Source: an uncultured virus (IMG/VR IMGVR_UViG_3300025000_000085) (Duplodnaviria; Heunggongvirae; Uroviricota; Caudoviricetes). Taken from it: 20,000 bases of DNA. The stretch lies in the IMG/VR virus record IMGVR_UViG_3300025000_000085; one strand, written 5' to 3'. A program made the position numbers and the translations under genes. Below are positions 16,135-20,000 of this stretch, piece by piece. Within the stretch, counting starts at the first letter, position 1; each line of letters opens with the position of its first letter. The notes beneath the pieces are model-generated. The model saw only the letters and a program-made list of their open reading frames with translations. It had not been told where the DNA came from and did no database searches.

Positions 16135-17900
16135 GCCCGCCGCTCCAGCGCTGTCCGCTTGACCTGCCGCAGCGCCGCATCCTGCTCGGCGTGCCAGAGC
16201 AGGACCCGCATCAGGTAGCCGGCAGGCAGGTCCTCCGGCCGGGGCAGCGCGACCAGGTCGACACGCTCGTCATCCTCGAGGAGGCCCTGCCGCTCGGCGC
16301 AGGCGGAGCAGAGGTCACCAGCCTCTGGGTCCTCGACCCAGCAGCACCCACCAGGGCAGCCGCGCTCGTCGGTGCAGCCGCAGACGCGGCAGCGAGGGAT
16401 GTCGTCGTCCTCTTGGTCGCCCAGCGCAGCACGCAGCCGCTCCACCTCAGCCTGCAGCTCGAGCACCACGGCGCCTTGCTCGGCCAGCTGCAGCCCCTGG
16501 CGGCCGGCGATAGCCGAGTTCTTGGCAGCCGCCTTCGTGCTGATCGAATGAGCGACCTTCATGGCCGAGATGACCTGAAGCATTGCCCGGATGTTGCCGA
16601 CCAGCCCCAGCTCGTTGGGGATGTGGAGCCCTTCTACGCTCGTGCAGAGCAGGCAAATGGCCTCTGCGCGCTCCTGCTGCAGCTCGCTGAATGCCTGGTA
16701 GTGGCCGTCCCGCTCCTCTTGCGCTTGCTCCAGCTTGGCGCTGAGCTGATCGATGTACCCGCCCCTGTCCTGAAGGACCCCCTGCAGTCGCTCCACCTCG
16801 GCCAGAGCCTTGTCCCGCTCTTCCTCCATGCGGTCTCGGACGTGCAGAGCGATCCACTCGGCATCCCAGCAGCCCGACCGAGGAGCGCGAGCCGTCCCCT
16901 CCACCAGCTTCGACAGCCGCCCGCAGGCCTTTGCCCAGGGGAGAATGTCCTCCAACTCCGGCCCGCCGTGGGCCTCGACATGGACAGCGAGCACGCGCCC
17001 TGCGGTGAGGACCTCGCCGATCGGGTCGGCCTGGGGTCGGGCGAGCATCTCGTCCCGCTTCCGTCGTGCGGAGGCCAGCTCCTCGGCGAAGGTCGAGACC
17101 GGCCAGCCCTCGATGTCCGCAGTGCCTCTGGGCGGGGGCACGGGCACCTGCTCCGGTTCTCCGCCGGTGCGGGGCTCGCCGGGCCCAGCGGTGACATCCT
17201 CGGAGCGGAGCTCCGTTGCAGTCGTCGTCCCCTCGACCCTCGTCTTGGATCGCTTCTCGACGTAGCGCTCCTTCCAGAAGGCGTCCTTGCACTCCTCCGA
17301 GCAGTAGGTCCTGGGCTTTTTGCCGAACTTGGGCGGCGGGCACGGCGCGCTGCACCGCTTGCAGGGTTGGCCGGCTGGGACTTCGGAGGCAGTGGCGGTA
17401 TCGGTATCGGTCGCAGTCGTCGTCACCATGTCTGTCTCTCCCTTGCCGTCGCAGTCGTTGTTGCCGTCGCAGTCGTTGTTGCCCTCGCCCTCGCCCTCGC
17501 TGATTTCGCCGCTGATGCAGGCTAGCTCCCAGCTGTGCTGCCGCCGCTCGCATGGTCCATCGCAACGGCGGCCCTCGAGGCAGCGCAGGTCGCCGCTGCG
17601 CCACCAGGCAGCGCAGGCCTGCAGCTCCAGCCGTCCCCTGCCGCGCTCGCAGCGCACCCGCCGGGCAGGGTCGCCAGCAGCCAGGGACTGCTCCCGGTGG
17701 GCCAGCCCCCAGCTGCCATCGGCGAGGCAATCGGCCACGGCCTCGAGGGCGACGAGGTCCTCGATCTGGACGGGCTCGTCGGTCACGGGCTCGGCGGGTG
17801 CCGGCGGCTCGGCGTGGCGCTCAAGCTCCCGGGCCTGCGGAGCGCGCCGGCCGACGTAGCCGCGGCTCCAGCGACTGCGATCGGAGGACTGCGCGCTCAC
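16131..17900 (-). CDS. Multi-Zn-finger / coiled-coil protein (589 aa; possible internal start at 17429)
   Basis: GTG 17900 overlaps the methyltransferase stop and is in frame with the 776-aa track ORF. Motifs 'CERGRGRLELQAC', 'CKRC...YCSEEC', a coiled coil, and 'CRVCGCTDERGCPGGCCWV...LCSAC'. Confidence 0.7.
   Translation of the reverse strand: MSAQSSDRSRWSRGYVGRRAPQARELERHAEPPAPAEPVTDEPVQIEDLVALEAVADCLADGSWGLAHREQSLAAGDPARRVRCERGRGRLELQACAAWWRSGDLRCLEGRRCDGPCERRQHSWELACISGEISEGEGEGNNDCDGNNDCDGKGETDMVTTTATDTDTATASEVPAGQPCKRCSAPCPPPKFGKKPRTYCSEECKDAFWKERYVEKRSKTRVEGTTTATELRSEDVTAGPGEPRTGGEPEQVPVPPPRGTADIEGWPVSTFAEELASARRKRDEMLARPQADPIGEVLTAGRVLAVHVEAHGGPELEDILPWAKACGRLSKLVEGTARAPRSGCWDAEWIALHVRDRMEEERDKALAEVERLQGVLQDRGGYIDQLSAKLEQAQEERDGHYQAFSELQQERAEAICLLCTSVEGLHIPNELGLVGNIRAMLQVISAMKVAHSISTKAAAKNSAIAGRQGLQLAEQGAVVLELQAEVERLRAALGDQEDDDIPRCRVCGCTDERGCPGGCCWVEDPEAGDLCSACAERQGLLEDDERVDLVALPRPEDLPAGYLMRVLLWHAEQDAALRQVKRTALERRA
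17443..17478. repeat. Perfect 18-bp tandem duplication
   Basis: TTGCCGTCGCAGTCGTTG x2, encoding the NNDCDG repeat and followed by GCCCTC repeats. Confidence 0.9.
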
Positions 17901-18538
17901 CGGCCGAGCTCCAGCCAGCGCAGCGTGGTATGCTCTCCGTCGTTGCCCCGACGAGAAGGGGATTGAGACTGAAACCACTCGACCCAGCCGAGCTCCTGCA
18001 CGGCGTTTGGCCACGGGCGCCGCCCGGCGATCCACACCGTCGAAGGCCTTCGTTCTGCCCACCACGCCGGCTTCTGGCCGAGCCAGGCGAGCTGCGCCAC
18101 GGCGAGCAAGGTGCCGCCTGGGGCGACGAGGCCGAGGCAGACCTCGATCCACTGCCACCACTTCTTGAAGGGCGGGTTGGTCAGGACCAGGTCGTAGCGC
18201 CGTCCGGCGCCGAGCTCCTGCAGTGCCCAGGCGAAAAAGTCGGCCTCGACCCTCTCCCAGTGCGTGGGGCACTGCGACAGCCGTCCGGCGTGCTGCTCGA
18301 CCGCGGTGATCTCCAGCGGCATCAGCTCGGCCGGGCAGACCCGCCCCGCCTCGATGCCGAGGCATCCCGTGCCGGCGCCGGCGTCGAGCACCCGCAGCGG
18401 CTCGTCGCCGTCGAGCAGGTAGTGGCTCAGCGTCTCCTGCAGAACCGGCCGACTGAACCACGGCGGCGTGGGCATGAACTCGCCCCCATCATCTGGTCGC
18501 AGGGCCTCGCCAGCGAAGAGGTCAGCGGGCTGGATCAC
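17897..18538 (-). CDS. Orphan SAM-dependent amino-methyltransferase, probably DNA N6-adenine
   Basis: Motif X 'FMPTPPW', motif I 'VLDAGAGTG' and motif IV 'DLVLTNPPF' in gamma-class order. No adjacent restriction enzyme. Confidence 0.85.
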   Translation of the reverse strand: MIQPADLFAGEALRPDDGGEFMPTPPWFSRPVLQETLSHYLLDGDEPLRVLDAGAGTGCLGIEAGRVCPAELMPLEITAVEQHAGRLSQCPTHWERVEADFFAWALQELGAGRRYDLVLTNPPFKKWWQWIEVCLGLVAPGGTLLAVAQLAWLGQKPAWWAERRPSTVWIAGRRPWPNAVQELGWVEWFQSQSPSRRGNDGEHTTLRWLELGR

Positions 18539-18825
18539 CGCTGCCTCCTTCGACCCAGGCCGGGGATGACCGTGACCACGACCAGGCCGCGGCGCTGCAC
18601 GGTGACGATGGCCAGGCCCTGCCCTCTGCGCCCGGCCACGGCGACGTAGTAGGTGCCGCCTTCCCTGCGGATCACCGGGCCGCGCAGCACGGCCTCGGCG
18701 AGGTCATCGCCGCAGAGCCCGCAGCGCGTCTTCCCGCGCCGCATGGCGTGCCGGGTGAAGCCCAGCGCCATGCTGGGCAGCTCGTCCGGGCAGCGGGCGG
18801 GCATCAGGACAGGCGACGGGTTCAT
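18535..18825 (-). CDS. DUF4258-like small protein (RelE-like fold suspected)
   Basis: 'FTRHAMRRGKTRCGL' and a terminal strand 'LVVVTVIP'. Confidence 0.55.
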   Translation of the reverse strand: MNPSPVLMPARCPDELPSMALGFTRHAMRRGKTRCGLCGDDLAEAVLRGPVIRREGGTYYVAVAGRRGQGLAIVTVQRRGLVVVTVIPGLGRRRQR

Positions 18826-19175
18826 GGCGCCTGCACCCGCAGCCCCTGCACCATCTCCAGCACGGCCGCCGCTGCCGCCTTGTCCTCGGCGATCTCCTGC
18901 GCGGTCCGCAGCCAGCGAACACCGGCGAGCCAGCGGAGCGCTGCCTCGTCGGCTTGCTCCGGCGTGGCGAAGCGGCAGGCGTCCTCACCCCATCCGCCAC
19001 CCCCGATGGCCTGGCCGCTGCCCCGGTGGGTGATCCTCCACCACGGCTTGCGGGGATCGAGGGTCGTGACGACCAGGCCCGGCAGCGAGCAGAGGTAGGC
19101 CTCGACCGCGGGGCGCATCCGGCCGTCCTGGCCGTGGACGTGCGCTGAGCAGGGCTGCAGCTGCTGCCGCATCAC
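18822..19175 (-). CDS. Hypothetical phage protein (117 aa)
   Basis: Overlap-coupled at both ends, RBS GGAGGAGG, 'WWRITHRGSG' motif. Confidence 0.7.
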   Translation of the reverse strand: MMRQQLQPCSAHVHGQDGRMRPAVEAYLCSLPGLVVTTLDPRKPWWRITHRGSGQAIGGGGWGEDACRFATPEQADEAALRWLAGVRWLRTAQEIAEDKAAAAAVLEMVQGLRVQAP

Positions 19176-19702
19176 GCTGCGACCTCCTCCGCCATGCGCA
19201 CGCCGCCGGGCAGGGACGCGAGCCGGGCCAGCGTCTCTTCGACCTCGACCCGTCGCATCCTGCCGCTCCAGGAGCGACCGCAGCGGCCGCAGTGCAGCAT
19301 GCGCTGGACGGTGGTGGCCTCGGGCTCACCGGCCTCGGGCGCCGACCACGGCGTCGGGTGAGCGCAGAGCGGGCAGCGGACCCGGGAGGGGCGCGGGTCG
19401 ACCGAGGCGCCCACCTCGGCGGCGAGCTCGCCGACGAGCCGACGGATCGCCTCTGCCTCCGCCGGCGAGCAGCGGTCGTCTCCGCGCATCTCCGCCAGGT
19501 CGGCCGCCGCGGTGAGGCCGGCCTCGAGCCGGTGGGCGTAGTGGACCAGGCCGCGCATCTCCTCGATGGTCATCCTGCCCTCCCGCACTGCACTGCCCGC
19601 AGCGCCCCTGCCGGGAGAACAGGCGGCCAGCGCCTGCCGGACCCGCCGGTGCTCGGGGTCATCGAGGTCCCAGCGGGACGTGGTACGGCGTCCGTCGATC
19701 AT
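19172..19702 (-). CDS. Hypothetical protein with C-terminal zinc ribbon
   Basis: 'CPLC...CGRC'. Overlap-coupled at both ends. Confidence 0.7.
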   Translation of the reverse strand: MIDGRRTTSRWDLDDPEHRRVRQALAACSPGRGAAGSAVREGRMTIEEMRGLVHYAHRLEAGLTAAADLAEMRGDDRCSPAEAEAIRRLVGELAAEVGASVDPRPSRVRCPLCAHPTPWSAPEAGEPEATTVQRMLHCGRCGRSWSGRMRRVEVEETLARLASLPGGVRMAEEVAA

Positions 19703-19998
19703 TGCTCGTCAGCCGGCACGAACTTGTGGTCGTCGTCGAGCGTGTAGGCCACGCCCGGGAGCAGTCCGTCCTCGCCGATGTAGCCGAAGCTGGAGCGCGT
19801 GCGCTGATGCTTGGCGTCCCACCACCGGATGACGATCTCGCCGCTGTAGCCCGCCGTGGCCGTCCCCCTGTCGCCCGCCGTGGCCGTCCCCCACGTGCCC
19901 GCCGTGGCCGTCCCCTTGTCGCCCGCCGTGGCCGTCCCCCTGTCGCCCGCCGTGGCCGTCCCCCACGTGCCCGCCGTGGCCGTGCCCCTGTCGCCCGC
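19699..19998 (-). CDS. Octapeptide-repeat (GTATAGxx) protein, 5' end outside the window
   Basis: Absent from the ORF track. My translation: ...AGDRGTATAGTWGTATAGDRGTATAGDKGTATAGTWGTATAGDRGTATAGYSGEIVIRWWDAKHQRTRSSFGYIGEDGLLPGVAYTLDDDHKFVPADEQ*. The stop overlaps the next ATG. Confidence 0.85.
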   Translation of the reverse strand, partial: AGDRGTATAGTWGTATAGDRGTATAGDKGTATAGTWGTATAGDRGTATAGYSGEIVIRWWDAKHQRTRSSFGYIGEDGLLPGVAYTLDDDHKFVPADEQ

Positions 19999-20000
19999 CG
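19849..20000. repeat. 24-bp coding tandem repeat (at least 6 copies)
   Basis: Unit GCCCGCCGTGGCCGT(C/G)CC plus 6 variable nt. Continues past the window edge. Confidence 0.95.

Noticed and set aside
15731..16180. N-terminal 150 aa of the 1049-aa track ORF
   Set aside because: Overlaps the HTH gene and is Arg/Pro-rich noise. ATG 15730 gives an ATGA coupling.
17901..18461. N-terminal 187 aa of the 776-aa track ORF
   Set aside because: Lies within the methyltransferase gene in another frame. GTG 17900 gives a GTGA coupling.
19709..19966. 85-aa track ORF (GDGHGGRQ repeats)
   Set aside because: Alternative frame of the repeat. The GTATAG frame has a protein-like C-terminal cap and overlaps the next start.
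19849..20000. Possible CRISPR array
   Set aside because: The variable part is only 6 nt and recurs, the period is 24 bp in frame with a protein, and there are no cas genes.

Overview
GC-rich tailed-phage or prophage segment with essentially all genes on the minus strand. Read in transcription order (right to left), it holds three parts. (1) A translationally coupled early/replication operon: an octapeptide-repeat protein, small hypotheticals, a DUF4258-like protein, an orphan NPPF amino-methyltransferase, a Cys-rich Zn-finger/coiled-coil protein, a Cro-like HTH and an AEP-primase/VapE-helicase fusion. (2) An AT-rich iteron region (probable origin), then a hypothetical, a VRR-NUC nuclease, a DUF4157-like HExxH peptidase and a second Cys-rich protein. 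(3) A head/packaging module: TerS, TerL, portal, a MuF-like protein, a small ORF, an XkdF-like protease, a scaffold-type protein and the major capsid protein (truncated at the left edge). The most notable element is the MuF protein fused through a Pro-Pro linker to a lower-GC anthrax-LF/PPEP-like zinc protease, followed by a coupled 73-aa candidate immunity gene. Other points of interest are a conserved motif upstream of both terS and the protease, a nested scaffold start, a recurring A-x-K candidate cleavage motif and insertions in capsid, portal and TerL. All family calls come from motif recognition by eye; no database searches were run. The host cannot be determined from this window.
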